Position numbers and translations under genes: made by a program. The notes under the pieces were generated by a model, which was given only the letters and a program-made list of their open reading frames with translations, searched no databases and was not told the DNA's origin. A stretch of 64,000 nucleotides of DNA from Caldisphaera sp. (GTDB taxonomy: Archaea; Thermoproteota; Thermoprotei_A; Sulfolobales; Acidilobaceae): assembly GCA_049971805.1 (NCBI GenBank), contig JBMFKU010000001.1, positions 70,498 through 134,497 on the forward strand, given 5' to 3'. Positions 9,942 to 21,166 of the stretch are shown here, in pieces. Positions within the stretch are counted from its first letter, which is position 1; every line of letters starts with the position of its first letter.

Positions 9942-11054
9942 TTAGTGTGGAGATATTGAAAGAAATGACTTGAAGTTATTTAGATATGGTTTCTTAACAA
10001 TGCCTTTTTCTGTCATGATCCCCTCTATTAGTTCTGGCGGAGTTATATCGAATGCAGGATTATATGCTTCAGTTCCTTCAGCTGCTATTCTTAATTGACC
10101 CATAATATTAGTTACTTCATCATCTGATCTCTCTTCTATAATAATTTCTTCTGGATTTTCTATCGGCTGAACAGTGCTTAATGGAGCTGCAACATAGAAT
10201 GGTTTATTGCTATAGTTTGCTGCCAAAGCTAAGTTAAAAGTACCAATTTTATTTGCAACATATCCAGTTAATGTTATCCTATCTGCTCCAACTATTGCCA
10301 TATTTGCCATGTTTTTCTTAAATAATAGACCTGAGGCACCGTCTACTATTAGAGTTGAAGGAATGCCCTCTTTTTTAAGTTCCCAAATGGTTAATCTGGC
10401 TCCTTGTAGCAATGGTCTTGTCTCATCTGCATAAACGTGCACACTTTTACCTTCATAATAAGCATATCTTATTACTCCCAATGCAGTTCCAAAACCAGCT
10501 GTTGCCAAAGCACCAGTATTGCAATGAGTAATTATCTTAGAATTATTATCTATTACTTTGGATCCCAATCTTCCCATCTCTACGTTATTTTTAACATCTT
10601 CAATATAAATTTTGTGTGCCTCACTCAAAACTGCATTTTTAATCTCTTCTGTGTCATTTTTTTCACTTTCTTTTAATATTACATTCCAAATTCTATTTAA
10701 AGCCCAAAATAAATTATATGCTGTTGGTCTTGTGGAAGAGAGCACATTGTATGCTTCCTTAGAATTTTTTATCAATTCGCTTATATTATTTGATTTGTCA
10801 TATAAAACAGATAATGCCAATCCATAAGCTGCTGAAACTCCTATGGCTGGGGCTCCTCTTATTTCCATTTCTTTGATTGCTATCGCAACTCTTCTATAAT
10901 CTTTCGTATTTCTATAAATTTCTTTCCATGGTATTAATCTAGTGTCTATCCAATAAAATTCATTTTTATCAAAGTCCCAATAAAGGGGTTTAATTTTTAG
11001 ATATGGTTTAAGCCTGTCTAACTCCTTTCTTATATCATTCAATGTATTCACCAA
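9942..11054 (-). CDS. mtnA: S-methyl-5-thioribose-1-phosphate isomerase (eIF2B-like)
   Basis: IRGAPAIG, RPTAYNL, THCNTGALAT, ETRPLLQGARLT, GADRI, NKIGT, NPAFDITP. Confidence 0.9.
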   Translation of the reverse strand: MVNTLNDIRKELDRLKPYLKIKPLYWDFDKNEFYWIDTRLIPWKEIYRNTKDYRRVAIAIKEMEIRGAPAIGVSAAYGLALSVLYDKSNNISELIKNSKEAYNVLSSTRPTAYNLFWALNRIWNVILKESEKNDTEEIKNAVLSEAHKIYIEDVKNNVEMGRLGSKVIDNNSKIITHCNTGALATAGFGTALGVIRYAYYEGKSVHVYADETRPLLQGARLTIWELKKEGIPSTLIVDGASGLLFKKNMANMAIVGADRITLTGYVANKIGTFNLALAANYSNKPFYVAAPLSTVQPIENPEEIIIEERSDDEVTNIMGQLRIAAEGTEAYNPAFDITPPELIEGIMTEKGIVKKPYLNNFKSFLSISPH

Positions 11055-11149
11055 ATTCTTAGTTTGGGGATAAAGTAAAATGTGTTTATCTTAGAATTAT
11101 ATTAAGCGAAAAGAGGAAAAATATTTTAATAAAAAACTGTATTTCTTAA

Positions 11150-11659
11150 TTGGTGCTTAAATTGGGAATAAAAGATGACATAATAAAATGGCTGAAGGAA
11201 GAAGATTTAGATATATCAGAAATTCCAATACCAAAGGAAGCTCCAATAGAATGGGCTATTAATGCTATGAGTAAGATTCCAATGAAGGTTTCGATATCCG
11301 TTCAAAAACCAAAGGGGAGAACAGAAAAATATGCATGTACAATGGGAGTTAAGGTAGCCGATGAACACAAGGAAAAATTATCTCATTTGTCTGAGCAGGA
11401 TAAGGCTAATATGATAGGCGAGCTATTAAGGAGCCTATATTATATGTGCTCTTCATGTATTATAATATTTCAGCCTGATTTGTCTATGCCAGATAATATA
11501 ATTGTTACTAAAGTTATTTATGGAGAAAAATTGTCTCAAAGTGAATTAACGGATTCCATAAGATTATTAACAAATACGTATACTTTGATAGCAACATATT
11601 TTAATATTAAGCTAGGCGGATCGTTTAAACAAGGTGGGCAGACTGTAATGCATATGTGA
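11150..11659 (+). CDS. DUF2299-like conserved crenarchaeal protein
   Basis: IKWLKEE N-terminus; size and pattern recalled from the family. Confidence 0.55.
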   Translation: MVLKLGIKDDIIKWLKEEDLDISEIPIPKEAPIEWAINAMSKIPMKVSISVQKPKGRTEKYACTMGVKVADEHKEKLSHLSEQDKANMIGELLRSLYYMCSSCIIIFQPDLSMPDNIIVTKVIYGEKLSQSELTDSIRLLTNTYTLIATYFNIKLGGSFKQGGQTVMHM

Positions 11660-11669
11660 GGTTATAAGG

Positions 11670-12140
11670 TTGGTTGATTTATATCCTGTGGGAATATTAG
11701 CGAAATCTAAGTGTTTTTATATAGCTGGACCAATTATTAATGCTCCTTGGCCACCAGATAATGATGTTAAGTATGTAATAAATGATATAACTGATAGCAT
11801 GAAAGAATGGAATCCATCAAATTACAACTTAGATATTATTAAAAAAGTTATTTGGTATTCTACAGTTTATGGAGGTCTAATATTGATGTATTCTTGCGAA
11901 CCATTAATTCCGATGAGTAGGGTTATAATAAATATCGGTTTAGATATAGAAAAGTATGATAAGAAAGAAATTAAGGAATTTGATGATAATATTGTGTTAA
12001 AAGCGTGGGCTTTAATATTAAATGGAAATGAAAAAGAAGGCCTGGAATTAATAAGTGGAAAGATGTTTTTCCCCAATGATTTTGTATGGAAACCTGGAAA
12101 TAACTATAGCATAGCAGTTAGAGGTATTAAGTATTTATAA
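11670..12140 (+). CDS. hypothetical protein
   Basis: 156-aa ORF 10 bp downstream of the previous gene, GAGG SD. Confidence 0.6.
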   Translation: MVDLYPVGILAKSKCFYIAGPIINAPWPPDNDVKYVINDITDSMKEWNPSNYNLDIIKKVIWYSTVYGGLILMYSCEPLIPMSRVIINIGLDIEKYDKKEIKEFDDNIVLKAWALILNGNEKEGLELISGKMFFPNDFVWKPGNNYSIAVRGIKYL

Positions 12141-12285
12141 AAAATTATCTTATCATATTAATAAAAAATATAGCTTGATAATTTATAGTATTAATAAATG
12201 TTATTAGTTTTTTCTTAATTTCTTATTTTTATGAGATTAGAAAAACTTATTTTCTTTTCATTTTTTTATTTAATGGGGATAAGTT

Positions 12286-13167
12286 TTGGTGTATGAAAGA
12301 GACTTTATAGGTTATTCAAATAATTACCCAGACTTTAAATGGCCCAATGGAAAGAGACTAGCGGTTAATCTAGTTTTTAATTATGAATGTGGTTCTGAGC
12401 ATTCATACAATGTTGATGGAATAGTTGAATTAATAGGTGAATTTCCGCCAACTGATATTAAGGGTAGAGATATTGGCTTGGAAAGTGTTTATGAATACGG
12501 AACTAGGGCTGCTATTTGGAGAATATTAAAAGTTTTAAAGGATAATGATGTAAAGGCCTCATTCTTCTCGGTAGCCCATACACTAGAATTAAATCCATTA
12601 GCAGCTAAAGCGATTGTTGACCAAGGTCATGAAATAGTTGATCATGGCTTAAGATGGTTTGAAAATTATAGGTTAAGCTATGATGAAGAAAAAAGGCAAA
12701 TAGAAAAATCTATTGAAATAATTAAAAATTTAACTGGTGTGAAGCCTTTAGGTTTCTATGCTAGAGAACCAAGTGAAAATACAATTGATATAATAAAGGA
12801 ATTAGGATTTTTATATGATTCAGATGCATATAATGATGATTTGCCATACTATTATAAAAATGGACTTCTAATAATACCGTATACTCCAGATATAAATGAC
12901 TTTCATTTTTTGTTTCCCATGAATAGATTTTCTACGGCTGAAGAATTCTTTTCTTATGTGAAGGATTCTTTTGATCAACTATATGAGGAATCAAAATATG
13001 AAACTAAAATGATGAGTGTTGGTATGCATGTAAGAATTACTGGTAGACCTGGCAGAATTAAGGCACTGCAAGAATTTATAAGATATTTGAAATCTCATGA
13101 TGTATGGATAGCTAAAAGAGAAGAGATAGCCAAATTCTGGATAGAGAACTTTAAGAAAAGTCCATAA
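12286..13167 (+). CDS. puuE: PuuE-type allantoinase / polysaccharide deacetylase family
   Basis: RDFIGY..WPNGKRLAV..NYECGSE, ESVYEYGTR, HGLRW, YDSDAYNDDLPY, MMSVGMHVRITGRPGR. Confidence 0.8.
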   Translation: MVYERDFIGYSNNYPDFKWPNGKRLAVNLVFNYECGSEHSYNVDGIVELIGEFPPTDIKGRDIGLESVYEYGTRAAIWRILKVLKDNDVKASFFSVAHTLELNPLAAKAIVDQGHEIVDHGLRWFENYRLSYDEEKRQIEKSIEIIKNLTGVKPLGFYAREPSENTIDIIKELGFLYDSDAYNDDLPYYYKNGLLIIPYTPDINDFHFLFPMNRFSTAEEFFSYVKDSFDQLYEESKYETKMMSVGMHVRITGRPGRIKALQEFIRYLKSHDVWIAKREEIAKFWIENFKKSP

Positions 13168-13169
13168 TT

Positions 13170-13505
13170 TTAAATTAAGTGGTTTTTAGTATATTCTTTT
13201 AATTTATTAAAAAATTCTTCTAATGGCATGCTTGTTTTCATTAAAATCTCTTTACCATCGCATAAACTAATAAATAGACTTCCCTTGTTTATGTTCAAAC
13301 TTATGTATAACCCTCCTCTTGGTTTTCGTGACAATTCAACACCCATATCTAGTTCATACATATAATTTTTTAATAAGCTCCACGTGTGGTTATCAATAAA
13401 TATTGGGATATCTTCATTTTCTTTAAACATTATATTTAAAATATTATCATAATCAATCTGTTGAGAATATAAACTTTTATATATTTGATCTATCTCATCC
13501 ATCAT
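13170..13505 (-). CDS. hypothetical protein
   Basis: 111-aa ORF with AGTGA SD-like motif upstream. Confidence 0.5.
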   Translation of the reverse strand: MMDEIDQIYKSLYSQQIDYDNILNIMFKENEDIPIFIDNHTWSLLKNYMYELDMGVELSRKPRGGLYISLNINKGSLFISLCDGKEILMKTSMPLEEFFNKLKEYTKNHLI

Positions 13506-13744
13506 TTATTCACTTCTTTTATTTTAAACTTTTCCTCCTAAATTTTGTTTAACTTAGTATTACTATGCTTACTAATGTTAAACTAATATAAAAGCTTTTA
13601 ATTAACATTTAAACAATATGCATAATATGTTAATTAAATTGCAAAAAAGCATAAAATTTCTTAAATAATATTTATATTTTGTTTATGATTTAAAGTTATA
13701 CAAATCTATAAGGTCGGAAATACAAATTATACAAGGTGTAAGAT

Positions 13745-14065
13745 ATGCCTTGTTCAATTGACGTTGATGATATAAGTGACTTAGATGAAATTTCAAATGA
13801 AATATTAGACCTAGAGGATGATTTAGATACTATAACAGATACGCTGGGTGAATATAAGGAAGATTCTTTAGAAAAATTCATTGATGCATTGATGTCAGAA
13901 GGTATAAACATAGAATGTCTTTCAAATGACGATAATGAGGAAAGAACTTGCAAATATAAGTTTAATAGTGAATTAATAGATGCAGATGTATTAATAACAA
14001 TTATTATTGAGGAAAATAGGATAAAAAGTTATGAAATAGAAAAAATTAAGATAACCCCTAAGTAA
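13745..14065 (+). CDS. small acidic hypothetical protein
   Basis: D/E-rich 106-aa ORF, AGGTG SD. Confidence 0.6.
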   Translation: MPCSIDVDDISDLDEISNEILDLEDDLDTITDTLGEYKEDSLEKFIDALMSEGINIECLSNDDNEERTCKYKFNSELIDADVLITIIIEENRIKSYEIEKIKITPK

Positions 14066-14144
14066 TTTTTTATATATGCTTAGGTTCCCAAAATCTGTAT
14101 CTTTATAACTTCTATTTGATACAAAGGAAATGGTGTAAGCATAG

Positions 14145-14471
14145 GTGAATCAATTGAGTTCAAAACGAGATCCCAGATCTTTTGCGTTATTATTGGTTGA
14201 GGCCAGCAGTTTATTAACGCAAGCAGCAAACTATTTAAACGGAATGATAGATAAAGATAACTCCGATAATTTGGTAGTTATTAGGGCATCACTAAAAGGT
14301 CTATCATTACAAATAAGCAATTTGAGTAAAAGTGGATGTAATATGATAGAGCTGCAAAAAATAATAAATAGGGCTGATAAGTTAATGAATCAGATACCAC
14401 CTATTCCAAGGGTGATGCAAAATGCAATTTTGGCTAAGGAAAACTTGATAAAAGCTATGGCATATTGTTAG
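14145..14471 (+). CDS. hypothetical helical protein
   Basis: 108-aa ORF, GGTG SD. Confidence 0.55.
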   Translation: MNQLSSKRDPRSFALLLVEASSLLTQAANYLNGMIDKDNSDNLVVIRASLKGLSLQISNLSKSGCNMIELQKIINRADKLMNQIPPIPRVMQNAILAKENLIKAMAYC

Positions 14472-14576
14472 TATTTAATAAAAATGATAAAATATATTAT
14501 ATATCTTTAATATAATTTATTATTCTAATATATAGTATGTTTATCAGATAAAATATTTATAACTTAGCTTATCAAT

Positions 14577-15815
14577 ATGCATTGGGGAACGTTAATGTTA
14601 ATAGAGAAAGTTATACAAAACATGTTTAATAATTATAATTGGAAATTAAAAGAGGTAGACAGTTTTAATCCTCCTTATTATGATAGGAAATTAGCATTAT
14701 ATATACACGTTCCATTTTGTACGTCTCTTTGTCCGTTCTGTATATTTCATAGCATCTTATACAAACCGAGTCTAAAAAAAGGTTATTTTGATGCGCTCAA
14801 AAAAGAATTAGAGAAATATATATCAATGGGCTTTAATTTTTCTACTATATATATTGGTGGAGGTACGCCAACATTAGCTACAGAAGAAGTGTGCGATTTA
14901 TTGGATTACATAAAGGAGTACAATAAAATTGATGATATTTCTATCGAGGCTTCACCTTATGATATTAATGATGAAAAAGTTTCGGAGCTTGAAAAAACAG
15001 GCATAACAAGGTTATCATTAGGTGTTGAATCTTTTGTACCTGTTATACAAAGAAAAATAGGAAGACAACAAGTTAACACTGAGGAATTATTGGAAAAGAT
15101 AGATATAGCTTCAAAGATACCAACGTTAAATGTTGATATTCTTTTCAATATACCAGGTCAAAAAAAAGAAGATTTAGTTAATGAAATTGATATTGTTAAA
15201 AAAAGCAAGGCTAATCAAATAACCTTTTATCCAATTATGCCATCAATAAGACAAGCTCCTAAGGAATTTATGTATCCTGATGAAAAAAATGAAAAAATGT
15301 TATATAATGTGTTAACTAATCAATTTTCAGATAGCGATTATTATCAATCTACAGCGTGGACCTTTTCTAAAAATCAAGGCTCAATAGTTGATGAATATAT
15401 AATAGATAACGATGATTTCATAGGAGTTGGCACTGGCGCTATGAGCCATCTATCGCAATACTATTATGCAAATTCATTTAGTTTAGAAAAATATGAAAAA
15501 ATGATTAATAATGGTAAATTTTCCATTTCATTATTAAGAGAATTAAATCTTAAAGATCAAATTTATATATATTTAATTTATAGGTTGTATTCTTTAAAAA
15601 TTAATAAAAAAGAATTTGAAACTAAGTTTAACCATGATATATATCATTATCTTAGAAGTGAAATTAATCTATTAAGCTTCTTAGGTATAATAAAAGATGA
15701 TGGTAATTACTTTAAGGTTACAAATAATGGAAAGTACTATTCTAATTTGTTTATGAAATATTTATATATTAATATTTCAAATATAAGAAAGTATGCAATT
15801 CAAAATAAGATATGA
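14577..15815 (+). CDS. HemN/HemW-like radical SAM protein
   Basis: LYIHVPFCTSLCPFC (CxxxCxxC), YIGGGTPT, RLSLGVES; start may be ATG 14595. Confidence 0.85.
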   Translation: MHWGTLMLIEKVIQNMFNNYNWKLKEVDSFNPPYYDRKLALYIHVPFCTSLCPFCIFHSILYKPSLKKGYFDALKKELEKYISMGFNFSTIYIGGGTPTLATEEVCDLLDYIKEYNKIDDISIEASPYDINDEKVSELEKTGITRLSLGVESFVPVIQRKIGRQQVNTEELLEKIDIASKIPTLNVDILFNIPGQKKEDLVNEIDIVKKSKANQITFYPIMPSIRQAPKEFMYPDEKNEKMLYNVLTNQFSDSDYYQSTAWTFSKNQGSIVDEYIIDNDDFIGVGTGAMSHLSQYYYANSFSLEKYEKMINNGKFSISLLRELNLKDQIYIYLIYRLYSLKINKKEFETKFNHDIYHYLRSEINLLSFLGIIKDDGNYFKVTNNGKYYSNLFMKYLYINISNIRKYAIQNKI

Positions 15816-15984
15816 CATTAAATTTAATTACATTATGTAAATAAAAATTAAAAATTTAACATTTTAGTTAAAATATAAAAATTTATGTAGATGTTTTAGA
15901 CTAGGTAAAAAGAAATATTTAAAAGGCAGAAACAATAAAAAAATATTAGTAATTTAGGTGGGGTAGATGCAAAGCCAAATTTAA

Positions 15985-16075
15985 ATTTAGTTGGTCATAA
16001 TTTTATCACTCATTTAGTTGGTCATAATTTTATCACTCATTTAGTTGGTCATAATTTTATCACTCATTTAGTTGG
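15985..16075 (+). repeat. exact tandem repeat, 3 x 27 bp (ATTTAGTTGGTCATAATTTTATCACTC) plus 10-bp partial
   Basis: units at 15985, 16012 and 16039, partial at 16066; no spacers. Confidence 0.97.
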
Positions 16076-16095
16076 GGTGATTTCATTATGACAAA
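16045..16095 (+). promoter_or_regulatory. predicted hairpin sequestering the ilvB SD and start codon
   Basis: GTCATAAT pairs with ATTATGAC (8 bp), 3x3 internal loop, ATCACTC pairs with GGGTGAT (7 bp including one G-U), 9-nt loop. Confidence 0.6.
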
Positions 16096-17786
16096 TGGAT
16101 CATCATTGGTTGTTCAATCATTAAAAAAAGAAGGAGTAAAAACAATATTTGGAATACCAGGACTGTCAAATATGCCAATATATGATGCGCTCTATGATTA
16201 TGTTAATTCTGGCGAAATAAGGCAAATATTAATGAAACATGAGCAGGCAGCAGCACATGCAGCCGATGGTTTTTCAAGAGCATCTGGATTTCCAGGCGTT
16301 TGTACTGCTACATCAGGTCCAGGCGCAATAAATTTAGCAACAGGACTAATAACTGCATACTGGGATAGCTCTCCTCTAATAGCAATTACTGGGCAGGTCC
16401 CTAGAAACTCTATGGGAAAAATGGCGTTTCAAGAGGCAGATGTTATGGGTGTTATGGAAAATATAACTAAATATATAGTAAAAATCAAAAATATAAAAGA
16501 AATACCGATTTGGATTAAAAATTCATTTTATATATCAATGACTGGAAGAAAAGGGCCTGTTGTAATAGATATTCCAAGGGATATATTGCAAGAAAGTATT
16601 GATGATATAGAATGGCCAGAAAAACCAAGTGTCAAAGGTTATAAAGAATTTATAACAGAAGTTGATTTAGAAAAAATCAAGAAAGTAGCGAAGATGTTGC
16701 TTGAGGCTGAAAGACCAATAATTGTTGTAGGTACTGGGGTTATGTATTCAAACGCCTATAATCAAGTATTAAACTTATCAGAGCAATTACTTGTTCCAAT
16801 AGTTTCAACTCTTCCTGGAAAAGCCTCAATACCTAATGATTTTCCACTTTACTTTGGTGTAATAGGCTATTATGGCAGGGCTGAAGCCAATAGGGCTCTG
16901 CTCGAGTCAGACTTTATGTTAATATTAGGCTCCAGAATTAGCGATAGATCATTTACATCACTTGACGAAATTACAGAAACCAAAAAGAAGATAGTTATGG
17001 TAAACTTAGATCCTGTAGATAATGAAAAATATAACATAGCAAGCTTAACATTAAATGGTGATATAAAAATAATTTTAAATCAAATAATCGATGCCATTAG
17101 TAAAATCAAATTAGAAAAGAAAGATAAGAATTTATGGATTAAAAATATAACTGAATGGAAAGATGAATATTCTAAGTATTATTATATAGAAGATAAGAAT
17201 TACATGAAACCATGGAAGATATTAAAAACTATAAGAGAAGTCTTGCCTAGGGATGCAATTGTTACAACAGGTGTTGGAGAGCATCAAATGTTTGCAGAAG
17301 TCTTTTGGGATGTACTTGAACCAAGGACATTCTTTACTTCGTCAGGTATGGGTACAATGGGTTTTGGATTTCCAGCAGCTATGGGAGCTAAAGTAGCGAG
17401 ACCTGATAAGATAGTCGTCAATCTAGACGGTGATGGCTCTTTTTTAATGACAGGCAATAATTTGGCAACTGCGGTTGATGAAAATATACCTGTTATCTCA
17501 GTAATATTTGATAATAGAACTCTAGGTTTGGTAAGACAAGTTCAAGATCTATTTTTTGGAAAAAGAATAGTAGGGGTTGATTTCGGTATGTCTCCGGATT
17601 TTGTTAAATATGCAGAGTCTTTTGGGGCTATTGGATATAATGCAGAATCATATGAAGGTTTAGAAAAATCATTAAAAGATGCAATCAAAAGCAATATGCC
17701 TTCAGTAATAAGAGTACCGATTAATAGGGAAGAATTAGCTTTACCAACGTTACCTCCTGGAGGTAAATTAAAGCAGGTGATATTAA

Positions 17787-17800
<14 letters not shown>
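16088..17800 (+). CDS. ilvB: acetolactate synthase large subunit
   Basis: HEQAAAHAADG, TSGPGA, FQEAD, GVGEHQM, GMGTMGFG, GDGSF..DNRTLGLVRQVQ; upstream of ilvC. Confidence 0.93.
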
Positions 17801-19155
<1,355 letters not shown>

Positions 19156-19198
19156 ATCCAAAAAGGCAAAATTTTTTAAGTCAAATATAATTTATATC

Positions 19199-21076
19199 TT
19201 GGTGTTTAGCATGGTAATAGAAAAGAGAAAATTTTCTGTTGATGATATCATTAATATGTCTACTATAAATGATGTTAGAATATCAAATAATAATGATATA
19301 GCCTTTTCATTTACAAAAGCTGATTTAAACAAAAATAAAAATGTAAGCGAAATACAGGTAATTTTATCCTCTAATAAAATTTATTTCTTGACTGAAAACG
19401 ATAGCACTCCAAGGTGGTCCCCTTCAGGAGATAAATTAGCTTTCATAAGTAGGAGAGGAGAAGATGAAAAGACAAGAGGTCAAGCTCTATATATTTATGT
19501 AATCGGAGGGGAGGTAAAAAGACTTTCTTGGTTCAAATTTGGCGTGCTATACATGGATTGGTTCAATGAAGATAAAATAATAGTGTTAAGTCCAAAACCT
19601 GTAGAGGCTTTTTATGATGAAGACAATGATTACGTTTCAACAGATAGATTGCCTCTTTGGATGGATGAAAGCGACTTTATTGGTAATTTTAACTATGCCA
19701 TATATTTGGTTGATATAAATTCCGGTTATATTAAGGAAATTGCTAACGAACCTAACTATATTAATAGCATTGTATTTTGTAAAAACTATCTATATTATTC
19801 AACTATAATTGATTATAAAAATCCCCTTTTATATAAAGTTATTAAGGTAGATATTAATGATATGAAATATGATGAGATTCTTAGCAATTATACAATAGAA
19901 TCTCTAAGGTGCTTTAATGATAAGTTATACCTATTGATGCACAAAGGGGAAATAGGTCTAGCGAGTCATTTTAAACTTTATGAAATAGGCTCTGATAATA
20001 AAATAAATTGTCTGACATGTAAGTTATTGGATAGAAATATAGTAAACATCATAGGAAGCTTTAATGATGGTTTAGCATTAATTATTAATGATTCTGGCTC
20101 ATCAAAAGTTATTTTGTATAAAGAAAATTCAATTAAAGATTTATTTGGTGAAAAAGGCTATGTTTATTTAGGTGACGCAAATGGTAAATTATTAGTATAT
20201 GCTTATGCCGATCCAATAAAACCTATGGAACTATATTTATATGATGGAAACAAGATTAATAAGTTAACAAAATTAAATGAATTCATATTAAATGAAACAA
20301 ATTTAATAAATCCAATTCATGAGACTTTTATGTATAATGGAAGAATACTTGATGGATGGGTGATGTTGCCTAATACTAACAATAAAGTTCCATTAATATT
20401 ATATATTCATGGTGGACCAAAAAGTATGTATGGGTATAACTTTTATCCAGAAATGCAACTGATGGTATCAAATAATTTTGCTGTTGCATTTACTAATCCA
20501 TTAGGAAGCGATGGCTATGAAGAAAAATTTGCTGAAATAAGAGGAAAATATGGAGAAGATGATTTTAATCAAATAATAGCATTTCTAGATTATATATTAA
20601 ATAAATACAGTAATATAGATAGAGATAGATTGGGTGTTACGGGCATTAGTTATGGAGGATTTATGACAAATGTTATGATTACAAAAACTAATAGATTTAA
20701 AGCAGCAATAAGTGAAAACGGAATAGCAGATTGGATAGCAGATTATTATGCATCAGATATAGGTTATTGGTTTAATCCGGATCAAATTGGTGATACTCCT
20801 CAAGAGAACTTGGATGAATATATTAAGAAAAGTCCTGCATATTTTATCGATAATGTTAAAACACCTGTTTTGTTTATACATAGTATGCAAGATTATAGGT
20901 GCTTTGTTGATCAGTCGTTGGCAATGCACACATCATTAGTTTCCAGAGGTAAGGATTCTAGGATAATAATATTCAATAAAGGTAGCCATGGTCATAGCAC
21001 AAAAGCTGAGCCGAGACACAGAAAAAAGAGATATGAAATAAAGTTGAAATATTTTAATGAAAAACTAAAAATATAA
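19199..21076 (+). CDS. S9 family acylaminoacyl peptidase
   Basis: PRWSPSG beta-propeller, IHGGP, GISYGG nucleophile, D (QDYRC) and H (GSHG). Confidence 0.9.
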   Translation: MVFSMVIEKRKFSVDDIINMSTINDVRISNNNDIAFSFTKADLNKNKNVSEIQVILSSNKIYFLTENDSTPRWSPSGDKLAFISRRGEDEKTRGQALYIYVIGGEVKRLSWFKFGVLYMDWFNEDKIIVLSPKPVEAFYDEDNDYVSTDRLPLWMDESDFIGNFNYAIYLVDINSGYIKEIANEPNYINSIVFCKNYLYYSTIIDYKNPLLYKVIKVDINDMKYDEILSNYTIESLRCFNDKLYLLMHKGEIGLASHFKLYEIGSDNKINCLTCKLLDRNIVNIIGSFNDGLALIINDSGSSKVILYKENSIKDLFGEKGYVYLGDANGKLLVYAYADPIKPMELYLYDGNKINKLTKLNEFILNETNLINPIHETFMYNGRILDGWVMLPNTNNKVPLILYIHGGPKSMYGYNFYPEMQLMVSNNFAVAFTNPLGSDGYEEKFAEIRGKYGEDDFNQIIAFLDYILNKYSNIDRDRLGVTGISYGGFMTNVMITKTNRFKAAISENGIADWIADYYASDIGYWFNPDQIGDTPQENLDEYIKKSPAYFIDNVKTPVLFIHSMQDYRCFVDQSLAMHTSLVSRGKDSRIIIFNKGSHGHSTKAEPRHRKKRYEIKLKYFNEKLKI

Positions 21077-21166
21077 GATTTTAGTTTTTATAGAACTTTA
21101 CTAAAAAACAGAATTTATTAGTCATTCAAAAGCTAAAATTTTTTATTTTTGGTTTTAGATTATTGA

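Noticed and set aside
15985-16075. CRISPR array interpretation of the 27-bp repeats
   Set aside because: Repeats are head-to-tail with no spacers, and there are no cas genes in the window
15939-16091. Alternative-frame leader ORF (..LVGHNFITH x3..VISL*) whose TGA overlaps the ilvB ATG
   Set aside because: No ATG/GTG/TTG start after the upstream TAA at 15936 except a GTG four codons before the stop; not supportable as a CDS
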